Shown piece after piece: positions 47,134 through 59,172 of a DNA stretch of 60,086 bases. The notes beneath the pieces are model-generated. The model was given only the letters and a program-made list of their open reading frames with translations. It did not search any database and was not told the origin of the DNA. The DNA comes from Nitrospirota bacterium (GTDB taxonomy: Bacteria; Nitrospirota; Nitrospiria; JACQBZ01), in contig JACQBZ010000102.1 of the NCBI GenBank assembly GCA_016194285.1, positions 1-60,086 on the forward strand, in the 5' to 3' direction. A program made the position numbers and the translations under genes. Position 1 is the first letter of the stretch. Every line of letters starts with the position of its first letter.

Positions 47134-49554
47134 ATGAAAAAGACGCCGCAGGATCCTTCCTCTATTCTTTGGTTTAAAGAAATCGGCATTGACGACATTC
47201 CGAGGGTCGGCGGGAAGAACGCCTCGCTGGGTGAGATGGTCCGAGAGTTGGCCGCCAAAGGGGTCATGGTGCCGAACGGGTTCGCCATCACCGCCGAGGC
47301 CTATCGAGGTTTTATTCGTGAAGCGCGCCTGGATCAGACCATCCGAGAGACGCTGGAGGGATTGGATACGCGCGATCTGGAAAATCTCCGTCGTCGGGGG
47401 CTTAAAATCCGCCAGGCGATTGTGTCGGCGAGCCTTCCCGCGGAATTGGAGCAAGCGATTGCAGACGCCTACGATCACTTGAGTGATCAAGCCCGCGGTC
47501 CACTCGATGTGGCGGTTCGCAGCAGCGCGACGGCTGAGGATCTGCCGGATGCCAGCTTCGCCGGACAACAAGAAACCTATCTCAACGTTCAGGGCCAACG
47601 GGCATTATTGGAGGCCTGCAAGCGCTGCTTCGCCTCACTGTTCACCGACCGGGCGATCTCGTACCGGACGGATAAAGGCTTTGAACACCTTAAAGTTGCG
47701 CTGTCAATCGGCGTGCAGCGGATGGTGCGTTCGGACCTGGCGGCGTCGGGGGTCATGTTTTCGATCGATACGGAGACCGGGTTTCCGGACGCCGTCTTGA
47801 TCAATGCCTCCTACGGTCTGGGCGAGAATGTGGTCCAGGGATCGGTGAATCCCGACGAGTACTACGTCTTCAAGCCGACGCTCAAGGCCGGGTTTCGGCC
47901 GATCCTCCAGAAAATGCTGGGCACCAAAGAATTCAAACTGATCTACGACGTGGGCGGGGGGAAGATGGTAAAGAACGTGCCGGTTCCGCCCGACGATCGC
48001 GCCCGGTTCGCGATCACCGACGACGAGATCCTGACGTTGGCCCGCTGGGCCTGCGTGATCGAAGAGCACTACAGCGCCAAAAAAGGCCGGCCCACGCCGA
48101 TGGATATGGAATGGGCCAAGGACGGACTGACCGGTGAGCTCTTTATCGTCCAGGCCCGCCCCGAGACGGTCCAATCGCAAAAAGACCGCGGTGAAGTCGA
48201 AATCTACCACCTCACACAGCAAGGACGGGTATTGGTGACCGGGCGCAGCGTCGGGGACAAGATCGGCCAGGGCCCGGTGCGGGTGATCAAGAGCGTTCAG
48301 CATATCGACCGGTTCAAACCGGGCGAGGTGCTGGTCACCGACAAGACCGATCCGGACTGGGAACCGATCATGAAAAAGGCGGCCGCCATCGTGACCAACC
48401 GCGGCGGTCGAACCTGTCACGCCGCGATCGTCAGCCGTGAGCTCGGCCTCCCGGCCGTGGTGGGCGCCGAGCGGGCGACCGAACAACTCAACGACGGTCA
48501 GTCGGTGACCGTTTCCTGCGCCGAGGGTGAAACCGGGGTCGTCTACGAAGGCACGCTGCCGTTTGAAGTCGAGAAGATCAATCTCAAAACGATGGCTCGT
48601 CCCGAGACCCGGGTGATGATGAATCTGGGCAATCCCCAGGAAGCCTTCGGCCTTTCCTTCATCCCCAACGACGGAGTCGGTCTGGCCCGCGAGGAATTCA
48701 TCATCAGCACCTGGATCAAGATTCACCCGTTGGCGCTGGTGAACTATCATCGGCTCGACGATCCGACGGTCAAGGCGGAGATCGATCGGCTGACGGCAGG
48801 ATACGATGACAAAGCGCGATATTTCGTTGATCGGCTGGCCCAGGGGGTCGGGATGATCGCAGCGGCGTTCTATCCCAAAGATGTGATCGTGCGGTTGAGC
48901 GATTTTAAGACGAATGAGTACGCCAACCTGATCGGCGGGCGGCCGTATGAGCCGACCGAAGAGAACCCGATGCTGGGCTTCCGCGGCGCCTCGCGCTACT
49001 ACAACCCGCGCTACCGCGACGGCTTCGCGCTGGAATGTCGGGCGATGAAACAGGTACGGGATGAAATGGGATTGACCAACGTCAAATTAATGATCCCGTT
49101 CTGCCGCACCGTTGAGGAGGGGCGGCTCGTCCAGGCCGAAATGGAAAAGCACGGGCTCCGACGAGGGCAAAATGGATTGGAACTTTATGTGATGTGCGAA
49201 ATCCCCAGCAATGTGATCCTGGCCGATGCTTTCGCCGAGTTATTCGACGGTTTTTCGATCGGCTCCAACGATCTCACGCAGCTCGTGTTGGGCGTGGATC
49301 GTGACTCGGCGATCGTGGCCTCGCTGTTTGATGAACGCAACGAGGCGGTCAAATCAATGATCGCGACGGTTATCAAGGCGGCGAAAGCCAAGGGCCGAAA
49401 AATCGGCATCTGCGGCCAGGCGCCGAGCGACTATCCGGAGTTCGCCCGGTTTCTGGTCGAGCAGGGAATCGACAGCATCTCGCTCAACCCGGATGCCGTG
49501 ATGAAGACCACGGTGACGATTGTGGAAACGGAAAAGGCGTCGGGGAAAAAGTAA
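47134..49554 (+). CDS. ppsA: Phosphoenolpyruvate synthase
   Basis: VGGKNASLGE, VRSSATAED, QARPETV, GGRTCHAAI and SIGSNDLTQ. Confidence 0.97.
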   Translation: MKKTPQDPSSILWFKEIGIDDIPRVGGKNASLGEMVRELAAKGVMVPNGFAITAEAYRGFIREARLDQTIRETLEGLDTRDLENLRRRGLKIRQAIVSASLPAELEQAIADAYDHLSDQARGPLDVAVRSSATAEDLPDASFAGQQETYLNVQGQRALLEACKRCFASLFTDRAISYRTDKGFEHLKVALSIGVQRMVRSDLAASGVMFSIDTETGFPDAVLINASYGLGENVVQGSVNPDEYYVFKPTLKAGFRPILQKMLGTKEFKLIYDVGGGKMVKNVPVPPDDRARFAITDDEILTLARWACVIEEHYSAKKGRPTPMDMEWAKDGLTGELFIVQARPETVQSQKDRGEVEIYHLTQQGRVLVTGRSVGDKIGQGPVRVIKSVQHIDRFKPGEVLVTDKTDPDWEPIMKKAAAIVTNRGGRTCHAAIVSRELGLPAVVGAERATEQLNDGQSVTVSCAEGETGVVYEGTLPFEVEKINLKTMARPETRVMMNLGNPQEAFGLSFIPNDGVGLAREEFIISTWIKIHPLALVNYHRLDDPTVKAEIDRLTAGYDDKARYFVDRLAQGVGMIAAAFYPKDVIVRLSDFKTNEYANLIGGRPYEPTEENPMLGFRGASRYYNPRYRDGFALECRAMKQVRDEMGLTNVKLMIPFCRTVEEGRLVQAEMEKHGLRRGQNGLELYVMCEIPSNVILADAFAELFDGFSIGSNDLTQLVLGVDRDSAIVASLFDERNEAVKSMIATVIKAAKAKGRKIGICGQAPSDYPEFARFLVEQGIDSISLNPDAVMKTTVTIVETEKASGKK

Positions 49555-49596
49555 AACGGTTTACATTGGACGGTCCGGTTGGGTAAACTACAGGGT

Positions 49597-49986
49597 ATGA
49601 AACGGCGGCTCCTGATCCCCGCGGTCATTCTCTTCATGATTTTTCGACCGACCCTGGGTCGGGCCGAGACACATGTGTCTGTCACTTTCTCGGTGGGCGG
49701 AGCGGTCGTGATCGGCGCCGGGGTCTTTTACTGGGGTGTCTCTTACACCTCACGGGTCAGTGAATACACACCTTCGGAAGAAAATCCGGACCGTTTGTCT
49801 CTGACGAAGGATTTTGCTGAAAGGAACCCTTCGCGCACGATTCGATTCCTCCCGCAACTCCTCCCGCAATTCGTCCCGCCGCTCGTCCCCGTCGGAGAGC
49901 GGACGCGCGCCGATTTCGTTTCCCTCCTCAATGATCCTCGTACGGCATCCACCGTCGAACTGCCGTTGTTTGTTTTCTGTTGGTGA
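49597..49986 (+). CDS. Hypothetical exported/membrane protein
   Basis: Signal-peptide-like N-terminus, one further hydrophobic segment and a C-terminal W. Confidence 0.55.
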   Translation: MKRRLLIPAVILFMIFRPTLGRAETHVSVTFSVGGAVVIGAGVFYWGVSYTSRVSEYTPSEENPDRLSLTKDFAERNPSRTIRFLPQLLPQFVPPLVPVGERTRADFVSLLNDPRTASTVELPLFVFCW

Positions 49987-50042
49987 CTCGAACACCCGCA
50001 GCGTTCGCAATCCCGGCTTGTCCAGGAGGGGTTCTTCAATAG

Positions 50043-51599
<1,557 letters not shown>

Positions 51600-51630
51600 G
51601 CAGGGTTGGGGTGGACTCGTTGAGGTAATC

Positions 51631-53226
51631 ATGTGCGCCGCTGAGAGTCATGCCGACAAAATCCACGCGGGGAAGATTCTCGTCTTGGACTTCGGCTCTC
51701 AATACACACAGCTCATCGCACGACGGATTCGCGAGAGTCAGGTTTACTCCGAGATCCATCCTTGTGATGCCCCGATCTCGTTCATCCGCGACTTCAAGCC
51801 GAAGGGGATCATTCTGTCCGGCAGCCCGGCCAGCGTTTACGACAACAAACCGCCTTATTGTCCGCCGGAAATTCTGGATCTGGGTGTCCCGATCCTGGGC
51901 ATCTGCTACGGGATGCAATGGATCACGCACCAGTTGGACGGAAGAGTCTCCAAATCGGCGCGACGGGAATACGGCCGGGCCGAATTGGTGATTGATGATG
52001 CAACGGATCTGTTGAACGGGGTCGGCGACGCTTTGACCGCCCAGGGCTCACGACCCGAGACGGTCGTCTGGATGAGCCACGGTGACCGGATCGATCGGAT
52101 GCCTCCGGGGTTTGATGTCCTTGCGCACACGGCCAATTCGCCGATCGCGGCCATGCGGAATGAAAAGCGGCGCCTGTATGCGATTCAGTTTCATCCCGAG
52201 GTCGCCCACACCCCTCAGGGGCTTGCGATTCTCAAAAATTTTCTGTACCGCATCTGCGGCTGTGCCCCGACCTGGACGATGAAGGCCTATCTGGAACGAG
52301 CCGTCGAACAGATTCGCGAACGGGTGGGCGACGTCGATGTGATCTGCGCGATGAGCGGCGGTGTCGATTCGGCCGTCGCGGCCATCCTGACCCATCGCGC
52401 CATCGGGGATCAGCTGACCTGTATTTTCGTGGACAATGGGCTGCTTCGTAACCAAGAGGCCGAGCGGGTGACCGAGACGTTTCGAAAACTGTTTAAGCTG
52501 AATCTCCGGTACGTGGACGCCTCCAAAAATTTTTTGAAAAAATTAAAAGGGGTCACCGACCCGGAACGGAAGCGCCGGATCATCGGCCGGCAGTTCATCC
52601 AGGTGTTCGAGGAGCAGGCGAAGAATATGGGACGTCCGGAGTTCCTGGTCCAGGGCACCCTCTATCCGGATGTGATCGAGAGCGTTTCGTTTAAAGGACC
52701 TTCCGCAACGATCAAGACGCATCACAATGTCGGCGGCTTGCCGACGCGGATGCGGTTTAAGTTGGTGGAGCCGCTTCGGGAATTGTTCAAGGATGAAGTG
52801 CGGCGGTTGGGCGAAGAAATGGGCCTCCCGGAAGAGATCCTCTGGCGCCATCCTTTTCCGGGACCGGGCTTGGCGGTCCGGATCATCGGGGAGGTGACGC
52901 GAAAACGTCTGGATCTGTTGCGGGAGGCGGACGACATCGTTGAACAGGAGATCCGGAAGGCCGATCTATACCCACAGATCTGGCAGGCCTTTGCGGTTCT
53001 GCTTCCGATCAAAACCGTCGGCGTGATGGGGGACGAGCGCACGTATGAACATGTTATGGCGATCCGCGCGGTTCATAGTCAGGACGGAATGACGGCCGAT
53101 TGGGTCAAACTGCCGCATGAGGTGCTGGAGCGAATCTCGAACCGCATCGTGAACGAGGTCCGCGGGATCAACCGGGTGGTCTACGACGTTTCGTCCAAGC
53201 CGCCGAGCACGATCGAGTGGGAATAG
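51631..53226 (+). CDS. guaA: GMP synthase (glutamine-hydrolysing)
   Basis: [30 protein letters not shown] and KPPSTIEWE. Confidence 0.98.
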   Translation: MCAAESHADKIHAGKILVLDFGSQYTQLIARRIRESQVYSEIHPCDAPISFIRDFKPKGIILSGSPASVYDNKPPYCPPEILDLGVPILGICYGMQWITHQLDGRVSKSARREYGRAELVIDDATDLLNGVGDALTAQGSRPETVVWMSHGDRIDRMPPGFDVLAHTANSPIAAMRNEKRRLYAIQFHPEVAHTPQGLAILKNFLYRICGCAPTWTMKAYLERAVEQIRERVGDVDVICAMSGGVDSAVAAILTHRAIGDQLTCIFVDNGLLRNQEAERVTETFRKLFKLNLRYVDASKNFLKKLKGVTDPERKRRIIGRQFIQVFEEQAKNMGRPEFLVQGTLYPDVIESVSFKGPSATIKTHHNVGGLPTRMRFKLVEPLRELFKDEVRRLGEEMGLPEEILWRHPFPGPGLAVRIIGEVTRKRLDLLREADDIVEQEIRKADLYPQIWQAFAVLLPIKTVGVMGDERTYEHVMAIRAVHSQDGMTADWVKLPHEVLERISNRIVNEVRGINRVVYDVSSKPPSTIEWE

Positions 53227-53228
53227 GA

Positions 53229-53993
53229 ATGCTCGAACGCATACAGAAAATTATTTCGACGGCGGGGATCACTTCCCGTCGGAAGGCCGAGGAGCTGATG
53301 CGGGCGGGCGCCGTGACGGTCAACGGGCGCGTGATCCGCGAGCTGGGCAGCAAGGCCGATCCGGAACAGGATCATATCAAGGTTTCGGGAAAACTCATCA
53401 ATCCCAAACAGACCAAAGTGTATCTCATGCTCAACAAACCCCGCGAGGTGGTCACAACGCTGTCCGATCCGATGGGTCGCGTGACGGTCAAGGAACTGCT
53501 CCGGGGGGTGCGGGGCCGCGTCTATCCCGTTGGGAGGCTGGATTATGACAGTGAAGGCCTGCTGCTTCTGACCAATGACGGCGAGCTGGTCCAAAAGCTG
53601 CTGCATCCGAGTTTTGAGGTTCCCAAAACCTATGAGGTCAAGGTCAAGGGGATTCTGACGGACGAGGAGATCCGGGCGATGTCCAGAGGCGTGGTCCTGT
53701 CGGAGGGTCGGACGCTGCCCTGCCAGATTCGCAAAATCAAAAAAACGGAGAAAAACTCCTGGTTGGAAATGACCATCCATGAGGGGCGGAACCGTCAAAT
53801 CCGTCGCATGTTGGAGAAGATCGATCATCCGGTGTTAAAACTGAAACGAATCCGAATGGCCATGCTGGAACTCGGCGGTTTACCCATCGGGCGGTATCGC
53901 TATCTCACGGCTCAGGAGATTCGGTCCCTTAAGTCTCTCGCCGCGAGGTCCAAGGCGCCGGCGCCCAAGATTCGAAAAGCCATGGGCGAATAG
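53229..53993 (+). CDS. S4-domain rRNA pseudouridine synthase (RluB/RsuA family)
   Basis: SRRKAEEL, VGRLDYDSEGLLLLTND and EGRNRQIRRM. Confidence 0.92.
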   Translation: MLERIQKIISTAGITSRRKAEELMRAGAVTVNGRVIRELGSKADPEQDHIKVSGKLINPKQTKVYLMLNKPREVVTTLSDPMGRVTVKELLRGVRGRVYPVGRLDYDSEGLLLLTNDGELVQKLLHPSFEVPKTYEVKVKGILTDEEIRAMSRGVVLSEGRTLPCQIRKIKKTEKNSWLEMTIHEGRNRQIRRMLEKIDHPVLKLKRIRMAMLELGGLPIGRYRYLTAQEIRSLKSLAARSKAPAPKIRKAMGE

Positions 53994-54060
53994 ACGCCCG
54001 ACGAACGGAGAGTGGCACGCCGGCCGCTTCAAATAAGAAACGAAAATAGAGGATACGGTA

Positions 54061-55824
54061 TTGAAACGGACACACGATTGTGGAAAGTTAAGAAAAAGCG
54101 ATATCGGCCAAACGGCCGTCCTGATGGGGTGGATCCAGTCCCGACGGGATCACGGGGGGCTGATCTTCATCGATCTTCGGGATCGGGAAGGGATCACGCA
54201 GGTGGTTTTTAATCCGACGCTTTCCCCCAACACCCACAAGCAGGCCAAAGAGCTCCGGAGCGAGGACGTCATTGCCGTTCGTGGAAGGATGGAGGCCCGA
54301 CCGGAAGGAACCGTCAACGCGCAGTTGGGCACAGGTGAAATTGAACTGATTGCGGGCGAACTGGAAATTCTCAATGCCGCCAAGACGCCGCCTTTTCCGA
54401 TCGAGGATAACGTTCTGGTCTCGGAGAACCTGCGATTGAAGTACCGGTATCTGGATCTCCGCCGCCCCCGCATGCAGGCCAATTTAAAACGACGGCATCA
54501 GATCCTCCGGGTCGTTCGGAATTTTCTGGATGAACGCGGTTTTATCGAAGTGGAAACGCCGCATCTCACGAAGAGCACACCCGAAGGAGCTCGGGACTAT
54601 TTGGTTCCCAGCCGCGTGAATCCCGGTCAGTTCTATGCGCTGCCCCAGTCGCCTCAGTTGTTTAAACAGATTTTGATGGTGGCCGGGATCGAACGGTATT
54701 ACCAGATCGCCCGTTGTTTCCGGGATGAAGATCTTCGCGCGGATCGTCAGCCGGAATTCACCCAGATCGATCTCGAGCTTTCATTCATGGATCAGGAGGA
54801 GATCCGGTCCCTCATGGAGGGGATGATGACCGAGGTCTTTTGGACGATCAAGAAAATCCGTTTGCAAACCCCCTTTCCGCGACTGACCTATTCCGAGTCG
54901 ATGGATCGGTACGGCACCGATAAACCGGATCTTCGATTCGGGCTCGAGGTGCACGATGTCTCTTCGATTGTGACGGGTTCCTCCTTCCAGGTTTTTCAGG
55001 AGACCTTGAACCGCAAAGGCGCCGTCAAAGCGATGGTGCTGGAAGGCCTTGCGACGCTGTCTCGGAAGGAACTGGATGAGTTGACGGAGAATGCGAAGTC
55101 GCTGGGGGCGAAAGGATTGGCCTGGGTCAAGGTATCGCCCGAAGGTTTTGAGTCCCCCATTGTGAAATTTCTCGGCGAGCCGCTGCTCCGCACCCTGTCG
55201 AACGCCCTCTCGGCAAAATCGGGCGATTTGCTTTTGTTTGTGGCCGATCAGCTCAAAACAGTCCGGGAAGTCATGGGGGGCCTCCGAATCCAGCTGGCGG
55301 AGCGATTCCAACGGATTCCGACGGATCAGTTCCGTTTTGTTTGGATCACGGATTTTCCGCTGCTGGAGTTTGACGACACCGAGCAACAATACGTCGCCAT
55401 GCACCATCCGTTTACCTCCCCCTTGGATGAGGATCTACCGCTGTTGGAAACGAATCCCCGACGGGTCCGCGCCAAGGCCTACGATCTGGTCCTGAACGGC
55501 TCCGAGGTTGGTGGCGGGAGCATTCGTATCCATCTCCGCGATGTTCAATCCCGGCTGTTCAAACTGATCGGGATTGATCCGGCATCGGCGCAGGAAAAAT
55601 TCGGCTTTTTACTGGAGGCCCTTGAATACGGGGCTCCGCCCCATGGGGGGATGGCGTTTGGGCTGGATCGTTTGGTGATGATCCTGTCCGGAGCCGAATC
55701 GATTCGTGACGTTATTGCGTTTCCAAAGACCCAGAAGGCGATCTGTCTTCTCAGCGATGCGCCGTCGCATGTGACGGAACAGCAACTCAAAGAACTGCAT
55801 ATCAAACTGGATGTCGTGGAATAA
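54061..55824 (+). CDS. aspS: Aspartate--tRNA ligase
   Basis: [35 protein letters not shown] and PPHGG.AFGLDR. Confidence 0.97.
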   Translation: MKRTHDCGKLRKSDIGQTAVLMGWIQSRRDHGGLIFIDLRDREGITQVVFNPTLSPNTHKQAKELRSEDVIAVRGRMEARPEGTVNAQLGTGEIELIAGELEILNAAKTPPFPIEDNVLVSENLRLKYRYLDLRRPRMQANLKRRHQILRVVRNFLDERGFIEVETPHLTKSTPEGARDYLVPSRVNPGQFYALPQSPQLFKQILMVAGIERYYQIARCFRDEDLRADRQPEFTQIDLELSFMDQEEIRSLMEGMMTEVFWTIKKIRLQTPFPRLTYSESMDRYGTDKPDLRFGLEVHDVSSIVTGSSFQVFQETLNRKGAVKAMVLEGLATLSRKELDELTENAKSLGAKGLAWVKVSPEGFESPIVKFLGEPLLRTLSNALSAKSGDLLLFVADQLKTVREVMGGLRIQLAERFQRIPTDQFRFVWITDFPLLEFDDTEQQYVAMHHPFTSPLDEDLPLLETNPRRVRAKAYDLVLNGSEVGGGSIRIHLRDVQSRLFKLIGIDPASAQEKFGFLLEALEYGAPPHGGMAFGLDRLVMILSGAESIRDVIAFPKTQKAICLLSDAPSHVTEQQLKELHIKLDVVE

Positions 55825-55872
55825 CGCCGTTCGAGGTTATTCCGTTCGATTTTGAAAGGAGGTGAGGAACGA

Positions 55873-56112
55873 ATGGCCCAGAAGGTAGCCAAGGCGGGAG
55901 TAAGGCGAGAAAAGGGATGGCTCTACTATCTTGATAAGCAGGGCGATGTCTCACGGACAAAGATGGCTCGGGGAGGAGGCAAGCATAATCCCGGTAAACC
56001 CCAGAAGATCGCCAAAGTAGGTGTCAAGAGAGAAGAAGGTTATCTCTATTTCATCGACAAGCAGGGCGATGTCTCCAGGGCGAAGATGGCTCGGAGGGGT
56101 AAGAGGCGGTAA
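55873..56112 (+). CDS. Small, very basic protein made of two ~33-aa repeats
   Basis: QKVAKAGVRREKGWLYYLDKQGDVSRTKMAR and QKIAKVGVKREEGYLYFIDKQGDVSRAKMAR. Strong AAAGGAGGTGA RBS and its own terminator. Confidence 0.88.
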   Translation: MAQKVAKAGVRREKGWLYYLDKQGDVSRTKMARGGGKHNPGKPQKIAKVGVKREEGYLYFIDKQGDVSRAKMARRGKRR

Positions 56113-56130
56113 ACGTTTTTCTACCACACG

Positions 56131-56169
56131 AGGCGGCTTTTCCGGGTATTCCGGGAAAGCCGCCTTTTT
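56131..56169 (+). terminator. Intrinsic terminator
   Basis: AGGCGGCTTTTCCGG-GTATT-CCGGGAAAGCCGCCT followed by a T-tract. Confidence 0.85.
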
Positions 56170-56192
56170 GTAGGGGCTCACGTCTACTGATA

Positions 56193-56267
56193 CCCAGCGA
56201 GCAACGCGAGCGAGAGGGGGAGGCTCCATCCGGCTTCGCCGGTGGAGGGGGCGACGCAAGCCCCTAT
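56193..56267 (-). repeat. 75-bp dispersed element, copy 4
   Basis: Reverse complement of the 12606 copy. An inverted stub GTAGGGGCTCACGTC lies at 56170-56184. Confidence 0.9.
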
Positions 56268-57265
56268 GATGACACGAGAGCGACGACGGTGTGATAACCG
56301 GAGGCGCCGGCCGGGTAGGCCTGTTCGAGCTTGGTGGGCTGCAGTTGTCCTCGCTTGTCCCAAGCACGGACCATCAGCGTGTAGGCCCCCGGCGCGGGAA
56401 TTTCCCAGTGGTATTTCCAAATGACCCAGGCGTACGGTGAAAGGGGCGGATCCAAGTCGGTCGGGTTCCAGGTCTTTCCGCCGTCGGTGCTGAGTTCAAC
56501 CCGGCTGATTCCATAGTAACCTCCGAAAGCCAGACCTCGAACGGTATGCTCGCGTCCTTGAATTTCCTGATAGTGGCCGGGGTTGTCGATTCGGGAGACG
56601 ATCCGGATTTCGCCTTTGTCCGTCCAGCCCCGTTGCTGCCAGTATCCTTTATAATCGTAATCCACCACCTCGATTTCGGTGATCCATTTGACGTTTTTTA
56701 TTCCGTACAGTCCGGGAACGACGGCGCGAAGGGGATAGCCGTGAGCCCGTGGCAACGGTTCCCCATTCATCATGTAGGCCAGCAGGACATTGTCGCCGAC
56801 GGCCCGTTCGAACGGAATGCTATCGCTGTACCCGTCGGCCGCGTGAAAGACCACGTCAAAGGCGGAAGGGTCCGGCCCGACCTCTTCCAAGAGAGTTTTG
56901 AGCGGGATCCCCCGCCAGATGGCGTTGCTGATCGTGTCGCCTCCGGGCAGTGTATCGATACAGATCAGGGTTGCGGCCAATTCAACGGAGGGCCGGCTGT
57001 AGAAGTCGGCAAAGGTTAATCGGGCCGGTTTTTTGACCAGACCACCGATGTACAAGAACCAACCGGCCAGGTCAATCTCGGGAAATCCGTCGTAGCTTAC
57101 GATATAGAACTTATCGTTGGGTGTAATCAGGACGGTGTCGCGCGGTGAGACGGAAAAAAGACGCTTCCAGAAAAACGTCCCGGCGGCAGCTGTTTTGGAC
57201 CAGCCCGAGCCCAAAGCGGCCAAGCCGGCGGTCCGCAGAAACATGCGTCGATTGAATTTGATCAT
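56264..57265 (-). CDS. Tat-exported molybdopterin oxidoreductase, sulfite oxidase family
   Basis: NRRMFLR Tat motif, TLIC, NAIWRG, ADGY, HGYPLRAVVPGLYGIKNVKW, GYWQQRGW and a C-terminal dimerisation domain. Confidence 0.9.
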   Translation of the reverse strand: MIKFNRRMFLRTAGLAALGSGWSKTAAAGTFFWKRLFSVSPRDTVLITPNDKFYIVSYDGFPEIDLAGWFLYIGGLVKKPARLTFADFYSRPSVELAATLICIDTLPGGDTISNAIWRGIPLKTLLEEVGPDPSAFDVVFHAADGYSDSIPFERAVGDNVLLAYMMNGEPLPRAHGYPLRAVVPGLYGIKNVKWITEIEVVDYDYKGYWQQRGWTDKGEIRIVSRIDNPGHYQEIQGREHTVRGLAFGGYYGISRVELSTDGGKTWNPTDLDPPLSPYAWVIWKYHWEIPAPGAYTLMVRAWDKRGQLQPTKLEQAYPAGASGYHTVVALVSS

Positions 57266-57358
57266 CGTTGCGTCCCATTGCACCCGGATGAGGAGTTTAT
57301 TATACTCGTGGATGAATCGAGTCGCAAGAACGCAGAACTTCCGCGGAAGACTTTGCCC

Positions 57359-58048
57359 ATGAGCAGTAGGACGTCCATCACACCGACCGGTCCCGGATTT
57401 TTTACCAATCTGTGGCATGCCTTCGGCCTGTTTTTCTGGGTGATTCTCTTAAGAATCTTGAATCACGTCCGGATTCAAAATTTAGAGAATATTCCGAAAC
57501 GGGGCGAGCACGGCGTTCTGATCTGCAGCAATCATATTTCGGCACTGGATCCGTTTGTGATCGCGGTGACGGCCATGCCGTTTTTCTCGCCGGTCTGGTG
57601 GCGGGCTCCGGCCAAGGAGGAACTTTTCCGATGGCCGCTGGTCCGGACGATTATCGGGACCTGGGGAGGCTTTCCGGTCCGACGCGGAAAACGGGATTTC
57701 GAAGCGATCGAGACGATGACCCGGCTGCTTCCGGTGAGCGTGATTGTCATCTTTCCGGAAGGAAGACGCTCGCCGGACGGCCGCCTTCAGCCCGGAAAGG
57801 CCGGCGTCGGGAAAATCATCTATGATGCGAAACCCGCCAAGGTTATCCCTGTGATGATCGAGGGAAGCGACCGGCTATTACCCAAAGGCCGCATTCTGCC
57901 CCGCTTGTTTCAGACGGTCACCATCACCTATGGTGCCCCGCTCGATCTTTCCCGATTCTTCTCCTTGGAGAACTCCATTAAATTATCTCAGCAAGTTGTT
58001 GACGTTGTTATGCAATCGATTGAACAGCTGCGACGAAACAGGCCTTGA
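57359..58048 (+). CDS. Lysophospholipid acyltransferase (PlsC family)
   Basis: NHISALD, AKEELF, FPVRR and IFPEG.RS motifs. Confidence 0.92.
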   Translation: MSSRTSITPTGPGFFTNLWHAFGLFFWVILLRILNHVRIQNLENIPKRGEHGVLICSNHISALDPFVIAVTAMPFFSPVWWRAPAKEELFRWPLVRTIIGTWGGFPVRRGKRDFEAIETMTRLLPVSVIVIFPEGRRSPDGRLQPGKAGVGKIIYDAKPAKVIPVMIEGSDRLLPKGRILPRLFQTVTITYGAPLDLSRFFSLENSIKLSQQVVDVVMQSIEQLRRNRP

Positions 58049-58253
58049 TAAATTTGTTTTATTTGCGTATGAAGGCGCTCATTTGTTCATTGCTTGTTGA
58101 TTGCAATCATTGTCTTTAACATCTTAAGCGCAGTTTATCATGCAGTAACTTTTTAGGTTTTTTAGGAGGTACGTACTTTCCCACAGCATTTGTCTGTTAT
58201 AATTCTTAAACAGGAATGTCCCTTCGGGGTATTTTAATGGGAGTACCAATCGC

Positions 58254-59150
58254 ATGGGAAAGCTGACTTCGGCCCATCTTGGGAAAGTCACAACTTACCT
58301 ATTGATCTTTCTATTTTTTATGGGAATTCCGCTCTCTCCTTCCGGATGGTCCGAAGATTGGCAAATGTCGTTTAATGTCTCGGTTCCTGACCCGAATGCG
58401 GATGGGGGTCTATTGATAAACCGGTTGGAAGCCGGCGGTCTGTCCACCGGCACGGATCTTTTCGACAATGAATCGGATGTGGCGGCCTTGCTGGCCGGGC
58501 CGGTTCAGTCCGCTTTTACTCATGAGGGGGAGACCACCTATCCCGGTGGTCTCCAGTTGCTGTGGCGGGATATTCGGGCGGATGGGGTACCGAAAACCTG
58601 GAAGGTGAAGGTAGCCTCGCAGCAAAGCAGCTCACCCATTACCCTGGCCTGGACGACTCCGCCGTCGATTCCATCGGACACCTGCCATTTGGGCGTGGTG
58701 AGTTTGCAGGATCAGACGACCGGGCAGTGGATTGATCTGAATGCCGCCTCCAGTTACAGCTATAGCAGTAATGGAACTGTCAGCAGTCCGGAGATTCGTT
58801 TCTTTACATTAACGGTTAGCAGCATTCCACAGAATGCTCCCGCTATACCGACGGGGCTCGTGAGCCGAAGTGGTAGTTTTAATCATTCCTTTTTTCATCC
58901 TATTCTCTTGCTATGGAAGGGAAACAGCGAGACCGACTTGGCCGGTTATAACGTGTGGCGCAGTCTGAGCAGTGGCAGCGGATACGTACGCTTGACCCGG
59001 GTTCCAACGGTTCGGAATCAGTATGTGGATATGCGTGTGGCGCAAGGCCCGGTTTACCACTATGTGATAACGGCGGTGGGAAAAAATGGTTGTGAAAGCG
59101 GATTCTCCAAAGAGACAATGGCCAGGGCGGGACGGCCGACCCCGCGGTAG
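58254..59150 (+). CDS. Secreted protein with C-terminal fibronectin type III-like domain
   Basis: Signal peptide and PAIPTGL...W..NSETDLAGYNVWRS...Y.D...YHYVITAV...ES.FS. Confidence 0.75.
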   Translation: MGKLTSAHLGKVTTYLLIFLFFMGIPLSPSGWSEDWQMSFNVSVPDPNADGGLLINRLEAGGLSTGTDLFDNESDVAALLAGPVQSAFTHEGETTYPGGLQLLWRDIRADGVPKTWKVKVASQQSSSPITLAWTTPPSIPSDTCHLGVVSLQDQTTGQWIDLNAASSYSYSSNGTVSSPEIRFFTLTVSSIPQNAPAIPTGLVSRSGSFNHSFFHPILLLWKGNSETDLAGYNVWRSLSSGSGYVRLTRVPTVRNQYVDMRVAQGPVYHYVITAVGKNGCESGFSKETMARAGRPTPR

Positions 59151-59172
59151 CTTCCGGGGCTTAACCCAAAAG

